A DNA stretch of 64,000 nt from Catajapyx aquilonaris (lineage: Eukaryota), in the NCBI GenBank assembly GCA_000934665.2, contig KZ538315.1, forward strand, positions 1-64,000, given 5' to 3'. The stretch's first letter is position 1. Every line of letters starts with the position of its first letter. Shown one piece after another: positions 22,501 through 37,500 of the stretch. Both the position numbers and the translations under genes were made by a program. The notes under the pieces are model-generated. The model was not told the origin of the DNA, made no database searches, and was given only the letters and a program-made list of their open reading frames with translations.

Positions 22501-25500
22501 GGGCAACGTCACAGTTACGTAGGAATGCACGTGGCATGGAAATTCCAAATTAGCCCACGGGGACAGCGAGGAGACACTTCCGCAATCAAATTTGCACAAA
22601 TACCCCTGTGGTGGAGGTCCATAGATAATTATATTTTCTGTTATCTATACCATTTTACTATAGTAGCTGTGTGAGCCCTAGGCAAAAGAATTCCACCACG
22701 TTATTAATATTTCAACGCGGGAGTCCACATCCCTTTAGCATTTTACGATGTTGTCCCCCCGCAACTCCTTACAAAACTGCATCTTCACCAGCCAAGCACC
22801 ACCAATTTCTTCTTTCACATGCGACACCATTTTCCTTCTCCTCCCCAGCATCTTTATTTCGAAAGCGACTCCGGCTCATCTCTTAAACTTTGACGAAGCA
22901 TGAAGCGTGCTGCAGCTGCCTTCAAAGAAGTTTCCTCGCATAATCAAACAGGCCAAGAAGGAAAAAGAAGGCAAGATGAGTAAGCGCACGCAAGAGTGAG
23001 AAACTCTACACAAAAAACTATACATATGTGGGAAAAAAAAAACTCAACAAGTCCAGATTGAGCGACTGTTTGCGAAGCTCCACGCGCTACAAATTAAGGC
23101 TGGCTGGCAAGTGTAGTTGCCTCGATATATATTTTTTAAAAACCCAACTAGGAGAATTGAATCTCTGGGGAACTCTCCTAAAGAGACTCACGAACTGATC
23201 ATGTCAAAGGACATGGCAAACTTTCGATTTCATTTCTCTCGGTTCCTCGCCAAAAACCAATATCAAGTCAATCAAATGGATTTCCCCAGTGGCCACTGCC
23301 CACTGGACTTGAATCCCGCCGGTAAATGAAATATACGGCATGTTCATATACTACAGGAGTCCTATAAAAAGGAAGCTCTACAAGGCTCCAATTCCGTCCG
23401 GACACCCTGTACTGTATATCCATGGTTCTAATCAATAAACCCTCCCTTTTACCCCTCCAGTTTATCAGACTCAATAGGCATTATTAGCACATTTCTTTAT
23501 GGAGTCTTTCGCTATTATTCAGATGTGTAAAACGAACCTATCACTTGCCACGCCCTTCCTGAACCCATTGAGTCACTAGCTTATTTATAGGCAGCGCAAT
23601 GTACCCGACCCCGGAAGAGTAGCTACAACAAACATGAACACTAAAACGTCATCTGCATAGACCCATATAATTGCTATTATTTTAGCTCGTTTCAAATTTG
23701 CCTAAAAACCTCGGGGCCAACAGTCTCTGCGGTTCTATATTCCCCCCCCCNNNNNNNNNNNNNNNNNNNNNNNNNNNNNNNNNNNNNNNNNNNNNNNNNN
23801 NNNNNNNNNNNNNNNNNNNNNNNNNNNNNNNNNNNNNNNNNNNNNNNNNNNNNNNNNNNNNNNNNNNNNNNNNNNNNNNNNNNNNNNNNNNNNNNNNNNN
23901 NNNNNNNNNNNNNNNNNNNNNNNNNNNNNNNNNNNNNNNNNNNNNNNNNNNNNNNNNNNNNNNNNNNNNNNNNNNNNNNNNNNNNNNNNNNNNNNNNNNN
24001 NNNNNNNNNNNNNNNNNNNNNNNNNNNNNNNNNNNNNNNNNNNNNNNNNNNNNNNNNNNNNNNNNNNNNNNNNNNNNNNNNNNNNNNNNNNNNNNNNNNN
24101 NNNNNNNNNNNTTTTTTTTTTTTTTTTTTTTTGTATGGAATGTTTGAACGGGGCTAGGTTCTGGGAGGAAACCAAATTGAAAATAGGCTGATGCTATATA
24201 AGAGGAAGAGTAGGTGTCGAAGCGGGACATGTCAAAGGCCCCTAGGATCAATATTCCATTAAGAAGCTTCTCTCTCTCTATAGGTATATGTCACAGTCCG
24301 TCACAGTATGGCTGGATATTTAGGCATAACCGAGCACGCCCCAATAATAGGGAGGAGCTGTTGTCCTCTTCCAAAGAATACAAATCGTCCATCGAAAAAA
24401 GGAGCCTCTAATTACAATCATCACCCGCGATCGAACATGCAAATTGGCCCTGGGGGCAGAGTCCTCGCCGGCAAAGGTCAATGGGCGTTGCCGTCATCCC
24501 ATCACACACTCACATGCATATCCATGTGGTGGTGGGGATCAACACCGGGGTCCCGAGAGAGAGACCCCGCCAGCGATATTATGGTCAAGTACACTCGACT
24601 TTTCAGCGTTTCATCACCTCCATGTCCGACATTGCCACACGTGTACACATACTGGTGCGACCTAAAAAGACTGGGTTAAAATGAATGAGTTCTCATTCCT
24701 ACTGGAGAGCCTCAGGGAATTGAGATCTGTCACTCATGTCAACACGCGATTCCCCCAGAACCATTTCCGTAACTCCCGGAGAATGGGCCACGGTTCCATT
24801 ATGCTCGGCACACACAATCCGGATTCTATCTCACGATTCAAATAGAAGGTTAATCAAGATCTCGGGGGGGCCACGACCGTATATATACTACCTGGGTGCT
24901 GTCATCTTCCTTGAAAGCAAGGGACGGGCCAAAGACGCCTACAATGGATAGGCGAAAGGGGGAGGCCTATGGCTTGCAAATTTTAGACGCTCCCTGTCTT
25001 CTCCCCTCGGCGAGATGCAGGCTCAGGGGCTTTTCAAAATTATGAGGGCCTGAAATTCCCTGAGTCGGCGAGAGATAGCGTGAGTAATGCGCCTCCTGGC
25101 AGCATCTCATCAGTCTCGCCATCTATTGCCGAGTTAGGGAAAACTTCAATGGCATCGGGACGTCAAATGCACGCCATCAAACTTTGCCTCTTTGTTTCGC
25201 TCTAAATTGGGATTTCCACTTGCTCGCCAGCGAACAGCACACAGGACTAGTGGACGAACACATGGCTAATTCTATCTATGATTTTGAGCATGTAGAAACC
25301 CTGCACGTCACTTGCCAACAGCCACATTGTGACAGGCAAAGTTGGCATCGCCAATAAATCGTCTCGGTATCAAACAGTGCGGCCCTAGCAAAATTCCGGA
25401 TGCAGTTCACAACTATACCTAAAAAATTACTGCGCGTATCATTTTGCTGATTCCGCTCGGTGCTCCGGAGCGTGGTATCCTGTAAAGCTGGGGGGATACG

Positions 25501-28500
25501 GGAACTGCTCCCTCCGGATGGGATTTCTGCTCGGCGTCCACGAAGAGGCTGGAAATCAAAAACCTAGGGCTCTCCGCAGCATCCAAGCTGACAAGGATGA
25601 TCATTGGGATCTTGGAAATCCGGTCAAAAAAAAAATACTGTCCCCCCNNNNNNNNNNNNNNNNNNNNNCCCCCCCCCCCCCCCCCCTATCCAGAATGGCC
25701 TGAGAACCTATTAGGCTCAGGGCTATAGAAATTGGGCCAAAAAACCGGTTCGATCAGTGTCGTACATCCAAGCATAAACTGTGTTGCAGACTCTTTCTGT
25801 CCCCTCGTTCCCCATCCTGCTGATGTCAAATCGAGAGCCCCGGGAAAGGATGTGAATGGGGTGCCTGAATAATGCACATGGTTACACACCCCCTAGCATA
25901 GGGAGGGAGACAAACGAAAAAAGAAAAAAAAATACAGCGGGGGAAAAAAAAGGTCCTTCATTATTTTTGTTGACTGGCCACCCCCTCAGGGCCGGGTCCG
26001 CTAAGAGCAATGTGAATGATGACGATTGTTATGCGAATCACCATTATACGCTCTGTCCTAATGACGGGTAATAGTGACTCATGATTTTGACCGCGAATCG
26101 TCCCGAATTGAGGAGTGTAATCACGTTCGAGAGGCGCGTTGTTGTAAATCGAGCGAGCCATTATTATTTCATTAGAGGAGAGAGCAGCAGGTTTTCGAGA
26201 TTTTTGCCACAAACTACCTTTTCCCTCCCTTCCCTAATCGTCGCCACGTGGTCATGTACGCAGCATCCCTTCCTCTCAATTTCCGGCGAATTGCAGCGAG
26301 TAGAAAAATTCAGGCGCACGAGCACTGGATGCTGGGCAAGTTACGTAAGTTTTGGGCGTCCTGTTTGCGTGGGTTCCGCCATGTATTTTCTCCCAACCCG
26401 AGCAGAATGCCCGGTGGTTTCCGGATCGGAAATGACCTTCTGTAGCCAGATGCGGACACGCTCAATCTCCCATGCTCCGGGTCCATTCCGTCACATCGTT
26501 TTCTACAGGGGGGCGACCGCGAACCCCCAACTTCCACCGTCTGTTCGGCGAACGCCAGGCGCCTCAAATCTCCCCTTCGAATGAACCCCCATCTTCTTCC
26601 CAGCCAAACTAACTTCATAGGCATGCTTTCCTCTCCTGATTCCCCCATTTATCCCCTTCCAAAACCCCCCCCTCCACACTGCCAAGGCATCTTCGCAGCC
26701 ATGATCTTTCCTTCCGTGTCCATAAATCACCGCGCAGCTTCTTTTTCTTCGCCACCACACTTCCTGCACAATGCTGGCTACATCATTGTCAAGCCCCCAC
26801 AGAATCCAGCTCTTGCCGCTGGGAATAAACAATCCTTTTCCTGCAAATGTAAGTAACCCGTGTCCGGTGTTGGAAACCCCAGCTGCATGTCTCTCAGCAC
26901 GCGACCAAGAGCTCGGTTGACATTAGAAGCTTTTGAGCAGACATGCAGGAAGACATTCATAATATTGAACAGGGTCACTGGTGATTTGTATATTTGGCCA
27001 GTATGGGCGTTGATCATTTAGCACTGAAGGTTACCCATTGACATAGTACCGAATGTTGGATTACCTGTGACAAGGACAAATGCTAGATCCGTACAGTAAA
27101 TCATAAAAAAGTGGGTCGGCGGCTTTACATGGACCAAAGGGCGAACCTTACATTCTCGTCATAAAAATCAAAACTGCTGGCCTTTGAGTTGCTGACTACC
27201 GCTTGGCGACTTTGACAAGGCTCCTGTATCGGCCGGAAAAAAAACAAAAAAAAACACGAGAGAGGGCCTCCCTTCACCCAAAGTCGACTTGGCCAAAGGG
27301 AATGGCTTTTCAGACACAAGGGAACATCAAAGAAGGACCTGTTCCTTTGATGATAGGTTTGGATATGAAGGCAGCAGAAACGGAGCCTGCAAACACCGGC
27401 TAGAGAAATTGAACTTGACATATCGCCTACAGTTGACAACGATGGACAAACGCTAACTTGTGGTGTCCACGAAGTGCCCTGCTGGAACACAAGTCGCCTT
27501 ACGGACTTGGCACGTGTTTTTTCCGAACTTCTGCTTTTGGCAATTCTGACTGGTCCAACCTGAGAATTGAGTGTACGGGTCTGGAAGGATTTATGTTCCT
27601 TCCATCCGCGTCCGTGCATTCACACCCCATTCCAACCTACGCCCTAGAATAAAACGGCGCTTCGTCCTCCTTGTCTAATTACTCCGGTTCCCAATAGGAT
27701 TTCACACGCCCGGCATTTTCTAATCCAGATCGGCCCTCTTCAGTGCCGCCATTACATGAAAGTGGGATTATAAAATACCTCGCGGGAGACCCAAATGTTA
27801 TTATTGCAGGCAATTTCAATGGTCGATTCTTTCTTTTTTTTCGGTGGGGACGGCGGGGGGGGGGGGGGGGGGGGNGGGGGGGGGAGAGAAAAAAAAATCG
27901 TTATTTGCAGTGGGCTTCCGGAGACGACTTGACGTGTAGAGTTGTTGAAAGCCCAAAGTGCGGCGGTGCTTATTTGTTTTTATCGACAGGTGGTGTCGAA
28001 TATGTTCCGATATATCGAACCGTCACGTGGTGTCGCGGACTGATCGTTACGTTCTTCCTGATGGATGCCCTGTAGGTGTAGGAAGTTTCTACATGGTGCT
28101 ACATGTTGACACAGGAGGCGTCGCTTTGGTATTTTCAGAGCTCGTTTGAAGTGTTTCGTTCTGGTTTGTTATTGCTGGATATTTACATGTCTTCAAAATA
28201 CTAAAATATGGCTGAAGCTCTCAGGTGGTTGAGAGATGCATGAAGCGTTAATTACAGGTGTGTAAATTTTAGTTTCTTTATTTAAAAGTCAAGAAAAAAT
28301 ATAATCATCCACTATACGCAGGAGCAGTCGTCATATAGACATGTTCCAAAATGACCGCACCGACAATAACGTCTGGGCTGGACGCAGTGACAATTAATTA
28401 CCTCTAACAACATCCTACCGGTAAGGCATTATATCACTCAGCCTTTCAGATAGCCCGATAAACCATACGCCTTTATTTTTATAACGAACCCCAATCCCTT

Positions 28501-31500
28501 CACACCTTAACTTTCAAACCTAATGTCCCATTGTGATGTCGTCCCTGAGATGAGTTTTCTGACACTAATCTGCATCACACCCCACGCAGTTTACATGCGC
28601 ATATCAATGATTCCGTGCTGGTTACTCAAGGATATTGACTTGAGAGGAATTCAGAAACCCCAGTCATACCCTATAGATTTCCTTTCATATCCTTCACAAC
28701 CCCCACTTTTTGACTTTCCCCATCCCTTCTCAATAACGGAGGAGAATTCGCCAAATATTTGATCTGCCAGATAGCAGCATGAGGCAGAAAAGGAGTGGTT
28801 AGCTGAAGCCAAACAACTCCCCTGCAAAGTCAACTCTGTGATACCCACATCGGTCAGGTACAACCGGACAAAATCCTGGAGTGTTATATTACACTACCAC
28901 CTTCCAGGGAGGGAAAAAGAAAGGGGTCGTTGATACCTAGGGAACTATAGCCATGTTAGACACAGACGTAATTCCTCACGTCGTTATCTACAAGGCGTCG
29001 CTGGAAGGAGAAATGAATTGGGGAGGCTTCGAGAGAATTACCGTTGGCAGCCCTTGTCGCCAGGCGCAAAATTATAGAGGCAGCCAATGGGAAAATTGAA
29101 TTCTTCCAGACAAGTTGCATCCAGCAGCTACTTCTTATCGAGGATGGCAGTCAAAACCCTAGGGCCCCGTGTAGGCAATAATGCCCAATCTCCTGCGAAC
29201 TCACGGAATTCCCCAAAAAATCGTGTTTATGCTAATTCCACCCACCAAGTACTTTGGATGGGGATAGAAAAAAAAATATGCGCACACATTATAGAGGCTT
29301 GTTTGTTGCCGTTTACCATATGCAATGAAAAGTTTCTGCGCGAGATAGCGCTCGTTGCCAGTGATTAACGTGCCTCCATTCTGCTCTCATGAAAATCAAC
29401 TAATGACGTTCCTGATAACTATCCGTGGTGCTGTTGTCGGGATTAATAGCAGGCTATAATCCCGTAATTACCAACCATGCAGCATCATAGGATTACCGTC
29501 GCCGGTCACTCGTGCAAAGGTCCACACATGTTCTTGCACGAATTCTGAGTGGTTTTGGTCAACTTTGAACCCGGTGGCAACAAACACCTGCTGGGCGCAT
29601 TTTTGTATAACTTACTATAAATTCATAGCGAATACAAACATCAGCACCGAGTTATTTCAGTGCGAGAATCTCGTTACTCCAGAAGTGAAGGTGTGACCGC
29701 TGCTTCCATGCTTATGCGTACGTACCCTGCATAATGTAGATGCCAGGAAGTTCCTTTGACGTAGAGAATTTATATCTTCAGCCCTTATTCTCAAACCCAT
29801 TTACTTGCTTAATATAGCACTGTGCCTTTGTTGAAGGCTTGCCTTTTTAAAACGCTTCCAGCTGAATTCACCAAAATTGGGCACAGAAAGATTATTCCAG
29901 TCAGTTAGCTGTCACTTGGTGCCACATTGCTTCCTAAAGCATTAGCTTCCCAAATGTAAAATTAATTCCCCTGCTTCATTGTTTCCCGGACAAAAGGTGG
30001 GCGCATTCGTCCCCGTATCCATTTATACTGTATGTATACCTGTCACTGTCTTTTATAGAGAAGCAGGGAAATGGACGTCGAGCTCTGGCTGTAATTCTAT
30101 TCCTTCCTTTAAGACTTAAAACAATACGACTGTCATGTCACAGAGTATAATACTCTGTCCGTGTCTCTATAAAACTGCCAGATGAGTTCATCACAATTCC
30201 TACATTAAGAAATAATCCACCGCTCTTCATTGATTTATCATAAAACCTGCCTAAGCACATAGAGTACATGCATATCATGTGGTTGTTTACCGCCCTATTT
30301 TCCGTGGCATAAACTTACATCCGGGCTTGCATCACAATTCCCAAGCCCCACATAGCCCATCAACTTGATGTCCATATCGGTCCCCGCCGGCTTTCGGCGC
30401 CTCGTCGTTTACGACCCAGATAACGAAATATAGCTCTACAGCCGATAATTTGGTGCCAGTCGCATTTCTTAACCCCTCGGATCACACTTGACCCTGCGGA
30501 TAATTCCAGCTCACACTTTCACGGCTGCAAAAATCTTTTTATTTACTAACAACGCCACAAAAACACGGTTTGGCAGAACCAACGTCTCCAAACAGGCGGT
30601 TGAATTACGTCGAACGAATATATTCAATTTTTTTAAATGAATTTATTTGCCCAATTGGGGTTATTCCCCCATCTGGAGTTCCTGTTCAATGTCCGCCCTT
30701 ACAAGCCATAAAAGAGTGGAGTGGGAAAAACTGGGCTGGCATTTTGTAAGCATGGCTGACTGCTTATTTTTTTAAACACCCAAAATTCATTTTCAAAGCA
30801 TTCACTCATAATAGATATTAATATCTATGCATTTCCTGAATGACAAATGACACGACTTGTTGTGAAAACCGCAGTACGCACCATTATTTAAAATATTAGT
30901 ATCAGTCAACAAATGACCGCCCTTGATTTTATAGCGGTGATTCATACTCAGTGCGACAACAGTTATCATCGGCCCGATTTAATTCAGTGACACATTTATT
31001 GCCAACAGACAGTGCCGGTACATATTTCATCCTTCGAGATATGCATAGAATGTGCTTAACCCCCTTGTCTCATGCAAATCGTAGCCCATATTCGCCACTT
31101 CATCCATCACGCCCCAATACACATGATGCGTGGGCAACTGCCCCTCCTCGACCAAAGGAAGTTTTCATCTGGCGAAATAATGACGTCACAACAGTCTCTC
31201 CCCCCCTCTCCAAATCGCAATCTGGCACTCGTGAATTGAATGCCCTACCCAATTTGCAGTCATATCGCGAACTTAAAGTCGGAACCTTTGTCTCAGCCAT
31301 TACGTGACCTCCATAAGAATCATCTCTCTCTCTATATATATATGAAACGAAATCCCCTCAAGACTCATTGCGAAGAATATTCCGAGCATGCATGCAGTTT
31401 CGACGACCTCGCCCTTGCCAAATCATCCATCATCAAAGCATGCAAAAAAAAAAAAAAAAATGTGCCTATTCGTTCATCTCTCCTTATTTTTTCCACCAGC

Positions 31501-34500
31501 ATCCCTGTATGATTGCCAGGCCTGACTGGAGGGATCCTATGCAGACGGGTCCAGGCATATAGCAGGTATTTTTACTGGCTAAAGGAAGCATGGGAAGCCC
31601 TTTTTCTCCCACGTGTCGGAAATGGTTCCTAACACTCTGGGGGTACAGTATTCTGAGCGGGTGCTGAAAAGTGGGGAGGAGAAAATACAGTCGAGCGACC
31701 TGGCTGCATACATTTAAATGGGGAAATAATTCGCTTAGCAGAGTACACGCAATCGATAGCTGCGAAGGTGGAAATTGAATTACACTTTTGCACGGAACAG
31801 AGTTACTGCACAATGGAATGAGCTGGATTCGCAAATATTCGCAAACTCAAGCTGCTAGATGAATGTTGCAATAGTAACAGAGGGGGGGGAGTTATACTTT
31901 CATTGTCTGTAATTAAATGCAAATCTAGAGCAGGACTCGGTATACATTTGCTCTGCGATTTGCTAATTATCTTGTTGCTCACGAAGCTTAAGTTTATTGC
32001 CCTTTGTCACTTCTAGCTGATAGCAGAGCTGCTGACGTCCACGGCCATAAACGAAACTTGACATGATAATTGCCTGCAATTTACGTACAGTGTCTTACTT
32101 GCTCCGAGTTGAAACCCTCTTATTTAATCTCTCATCAATCGGCTTGTAACTTGGTATAACAGATTTTTGCATAAAAATATCCTGGCAGGTTTTCACAATC
32201 GGAAGCCTCGGCAGAAAGCCAGAGCTCTGAAAATGAACCCGTCAGATGGCAGTAAAACTATCCGCGTCCAAATATGCGACATTTTAATTCAACAAATTAA
32301 GACAAGACTGGTTTGCTCACCCTTGAAAACGATATTAGTTACACGAAGCACCGTGTTAATTACGTGACACGTGCCTGAGTACATAACGGACCGAAAAATG
32401 GTTCCCACATCCCTTGCCACATCCTTGGCCGTAACTTTTCTAATGCACCGTTTTCCATCCTTCAGATCCTATAAAACTAGTGTAATAATAGCCATAACAT
32501 TCACTCACCATTTCGACTCGAAGTAACCCCCAACACTTCTCAAGTGGCACCTCCCATTGAACTCTTTATGAGTACAATATTTTAGATCGTATAGCCCTTA
32601 AAATTTTGTGGCCCGCTACATAACCTGATCGTAAATCTTTGTTTAAGGTTGACGGGGACATGCCGCGGCAGAAGGTAGGCGCCTGGGAATGAGTTCAAAC
32701 CGAGGGCAAACCTACCCCCTGCCCCTGGATAGCCCCCATAAGCAACATGCGGCCATTCCTAGAAACATTAGCATATGTAATCCTCAGTTAAAGAGAAGCG
32801 ACAATCACAATGCAGTGGCTTTCTGTGGTAAACAATCCATAAAGTCCCTCGAACTAGAAGCACCTGGTTCATATAAAAATCTCATTCATTACAAAACAGC
32901 TCATTTTACCAGTGCCACCTGCAAGTCCCAAAGTGCCTGCATAGCTAAGTCAGCCCCACAGGATCCGGAAATGACCATGATTATGTAAAGCCACCTCCAT
33001 ATCCGAAGGGCGTTCCCCAATAAATCCTCAGGCGTCTCTCCCATCTTGTTATGGAAACTGCTTGCATTCATCACGATTACCAAGATTTGTGAGCGCCGTT
33101 TTCAAGCCTTCTCCCGAGTAACCAGATCGGCTTCCAAAATCTTGCCAATTATGGAAATACAATAAAAATTCCCCTCCTTCAAGCACAGTACCCCTGCCTC
33201 GAGCACAATGAATCACATAACAGTTCTTCGCATAATTCGCCCCAGGGAGTCGAGAAAAGAGAATTTCGTAGCTTCCGAGCGAAGCACTCCTGTAATTCTT
33301 CAAGGAAACTGAAGAACACCGTGTCGTCTTCGAGAAAAGCTTATTTATCATCGTCAGTTTTGCGACGAACACAAAAAGTTTCCCATAAATCAGCCCGGAG
33401 ATGGGGGGTGAAAACAGATGGCGGGCGGATAAAGAGCCACAATCCGGACACAATCGCAAAGGTGCGGAAATGCATGAGACTCGCCACAACATATCTCATT
33501 TCTGATCGCGACAACCATTTGCCCACGATGTGACAATACACGTTTCCATCAAGACAAATGGTGCTGTTCTGTATAGGCGCCCTGAAAACAAATGGCTACT
33601 ACATTTAAGGTGGCAGACAACTCGCTTTATGGCCGGTTTCATTTAACTGACAGTTAAGTCTAACGACGATTGGAGAAACCTGGCTTACGTTTTATTTCTC
33701 TCTAACGCATTTATTGCCCAGGTTGTGAAGAAACAATCCCGTATATGGCTTGATCCATGACCTGTTCAAACCTCCATTGGCATCCCATAAAAAGAGAGTC
33801 ACAAAGTCCGCAGTCACATGAAATAACCCGTCGCAATAAAAGAAAATAGTCGCAGCAGAGCTTAAATAAGCAATGAAATGGTCCTCCGAAGACAAAACCA
33901 GGGCTGTAGACTGCACATGGAGTGAAATAATCGCTCGAAAATACGTCTGGAAAATCCCCTTTTCAAATCCTCCAATCCGCACATAATGCGCCTATCATCC
34001 GTGAGAAAACATACTTTAAGCAGCTTACGGTTTAAGCTGCTTACACGAGCTCACGAGCAATATACTCATCCTTTAGTTACGAGCCATAATCCATAATAAG
34101 CGCAGGCTTTATAGCCTATACGAAAGCTCGAATGGCGACAATAACTTGTGTAGATGTCACATGTACTCACCATCGAAGCGCTGTGCCCTTGTTCTGAACA
34201 TGCTCTGAAGCGACTGCGTGCTCTCTCGAAGGACCCGGTCGAACTCTTTGCGACTCTGTTCCCTCAGCTGGTGCTCCATATGCTCTGTGCAGCAAGTCTG
34301 CCCCTGAGGACATATCTGCAGGTGCTCGCCTGTAATGAACACAATTAATCATGCATAAGTGGAAAACCAAGAAGTTGGAAGTGGGAGTCAGCCATGACAC
34401 TTAGCCAACTTCTGAAAATGTTAGTCATCGCCTGCTCCCCCCCTTTAAAAAAAAAGGGTTTCTCCCCTTCCACCTAGGGTGAAACACTCTCATGCACTTC

Positions 34501-37500
34501 CCTCCTCTGTAAACACCCGTCCAACTCTTTGAATGGAGCTGTCATTAGTGGTGACTTGGAGGGCCTCCGTTCAGAATGCTTCTGCAACACGGCCGTAATT
34601 ATATCACCTTTCTTGATCCCATCCTCATACACGAGCATTATCAGGGAGTCGGCTCTACTTCAGCCTGGCTTTTCCCACAGCTCCCTATCCTGATTATTTA
34701 CCATGACAAAACGTCTCCGAACTAATTAAAACCCCCCCAGCCGATGGCATTGCCCCGCGTGACAACCAAAGCCATAAAACACCAGGAGGGGCCGGGAATG
34801 TCTACCCAATTGATAACGAGACAAAATACCGCCTACCCCAACTTGTAAAGGTGACAGGTACGCTCACCAGTCTTTGGAGGTAAAGTCACCCCAACTCTCA
34901 TGAGGGGAAGCTTTACCCCATCTCTTGTCTACTTAAAAGGCTAGCCACATGCTGGCTCTTAATCCTCTGAAAGTGCACCTGTGGTTAAATCCAGCTGGAT
35001 TTTAGGATATTTTTGAGCAGCTGGTGTATGGCAGTATCCTTGACCCTTTTTTTAACAGAGTAGTTGTGATTTTAGGCAGTCATACACCAGGTGATGCGCC
35101 TCATTTGGTTATTCGGATGACCTCATCAGGCGAGCAGGCGTCTCGCGGTAAATCTGCTTCTCACAGTCGATACATACCAGCCATCCTAGAATTATCTTAG
35201 AAAACGATCCCTTCTAAGAGACGGCGGATATAATCCCAGCCTCTAGTACTCCCCGTCAATCAGACCAGACCCAGACCCACTCCAAGAAACGAAAAGTGGC
35301 CTTCGGGTGCCACTTCCTGGCTTAGGTTTCAATTTATACATCCATCAAAGACCTCCAGTGGGGACCGGATTCAGAGTCTGCTCCAGGCTTCCAGGCCCTG
35401 GAGGGCCAAAAGGTGAAGTCTGGAGTGGGCGGATCCAACCTATAGGATTCACACAGGTGGGGGGCCGACACCCCCTGTCTCTCAGGATGGGGATTAGGGA
35501 CGGCCAACACAATACAGATGAGGATGACTGTATCCACCACATGCTACGCATTCCTCAAACCCACTTTGATCAACCCGACACCTACAGGCCTGACTTGTGG
35601 CACAAAAATGTGGTTTAGGACGTGTGAAATCGCAACCTTTGTCACAGACATTGATGGTCCTTAGCCGTGACATATTTGTGTTCATGTCCTTACCAACACC
35701 TTTCGAGTGCTGAACGATCGTGTTACGATCTCCCATAAAGATTCGCCGAAGAAGTCTGGCCTAACAACAAACCTACCGAAAAAAAAAAAAAAGTTCGGCG
35801 AATTTACATTTTGTCACGACAAGTCAGGTCTCAAAAAATCGGTTCGGAACGAGAAAATTACAGGGAGATGTGACCTCGAGTCCAATTAATGCCGCGGCGA
35901 CCTAATTGAACATTCGTGACAACAATCAGCATAATAGTGTAGATAAGGAAAGATACCTTAAAAGGCCGCGTATCAAGGCCGCACTTTAGGAATATAATGA
36001 ACACAAACATCTAGACGCCATGTCCAGAATTTGGGACCTCCCAAATGGTCAGAATCCGGTTTTTCACACCAAATCCTGGGGGGTGTCCACAGTTGACGGA
36101 CTCCATGGCGACAGGAGAAGTGAAGGGTGAAGAAGACTCCTCTAGTCTAACAATCCCTCGTAAAACTTTCTCCCCTGGCGTGCCTTACAATAAAAGACCC
36201 GCGGTAGTTGGGCTTGTTCTGGATCTTTACAACTCTGTCTCCACTTCTCTTGGGGGAATGCCAAATTCTTTTCCTTTTTGTCCAGCTTCCAAAACAAAAA
36301 AGGGGCGGAGAAAATTGACGGGGGCCTCTCAAAGTTCCGTTTTTCACGACAGTTTCACTCGGAACTAGTGCCGGAGACTCCCGATTTTGGGTCATTAAAT
36401 TGCTCGTAACGTGGAGGACATCACGGTGCTTTTGTTGCAGCACGATTACGCAATTTCTCGTGGATCAAAAAGTGGGCGTCCCTGTCATATTGCAGTCATT
36501 ACAGACGTTAGTGCTTGTTACCGTTTCGGAAAAAATGCAGAATTAGCCATCACGCTATTATAGCAACTACAAGGAAGACAATTTCTTTAAAAGGCTCCCA
36601 CGCAATCTTGCTATTGGCTAAATCAGACATATTATATTCGCGTGATAACAAGATATGTACATTGATAACTCACGCATATATTTTTGCTGTGAAAAAATCT
36701 CAGCACGACTTGGGAAAAGTTAGAGGACACCTTGCAGGCTGTGACAAAGAGTTGCGGAAAGTAATGGCCCCAAGGAAAAAAAGAAAGAAAGAAAGAAAAT
36801 AAACAACCTTCGAAAAGTGGGAAACAGCGTTCATTTGAAATAACGAGACTGGATAATTTAGGCTATCATAAAATGCGAGTCTAGACTGAAATGTCCATTT
36901 ATGCCACAACTACCAGGCTTTTCAGTGTGAAAAGTGAGTCAGTCGATGTTCCAAGAATTCTTCGCATAAAAACGTTTCAAGGGGGGGGGGGGGGGGGGAA
37001 AGAAACTTGTAGGGAATCAGTTATATACAAGTTAATCACTTCAAAGCTTGACAGAAGAGCTTACTGTAGACCTGACATTTGCGTACTGCAATCACAGCAA
37101 CAGTCACAGGCACTAAATACAGCGTTGTCGTCATTTATTAAAATTGAAATGCCGTCATTTCTTCTCAAAGGCGCCAGTGATATTCCAATTTGGTTGTGCA
37201 AATAAGTACATAAATTTCCCTACTGTACTTTCTCAAAAATTCTCAATTAATTTAACATCTCCCTAATGCACGCTTCGACTACATTATAGTATGCTACCGT
37301 GTAACACAATTTAGACCCTATATAAAGTACGCAACTGCTGTTGAATATTATATTTTGCATATTGTATATACATATACAGTATACCCAACCGCTACATATT
37401 CATAAGTCCTTTCAAATTTATTAAGGTGCATTACTATAAACGCACTGAGTTGCTCAAAAGGGAAATTAGAGAAGCGCAGGGCCTGTTCAACCTCGTAATT

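Noticed and set aside
13444..24251. X-rich ORFs spanning N runs
   Set aside because: Artefacts of assembly gaps.
35090..35140. Hammerhead-like CTGATGAG-GTC...ACC on the minus strand (similar CTGACGAG-GTC at ~45318)
   Set aside because: The conserved GAAA and stems I/III are missing; at best decayed relics.
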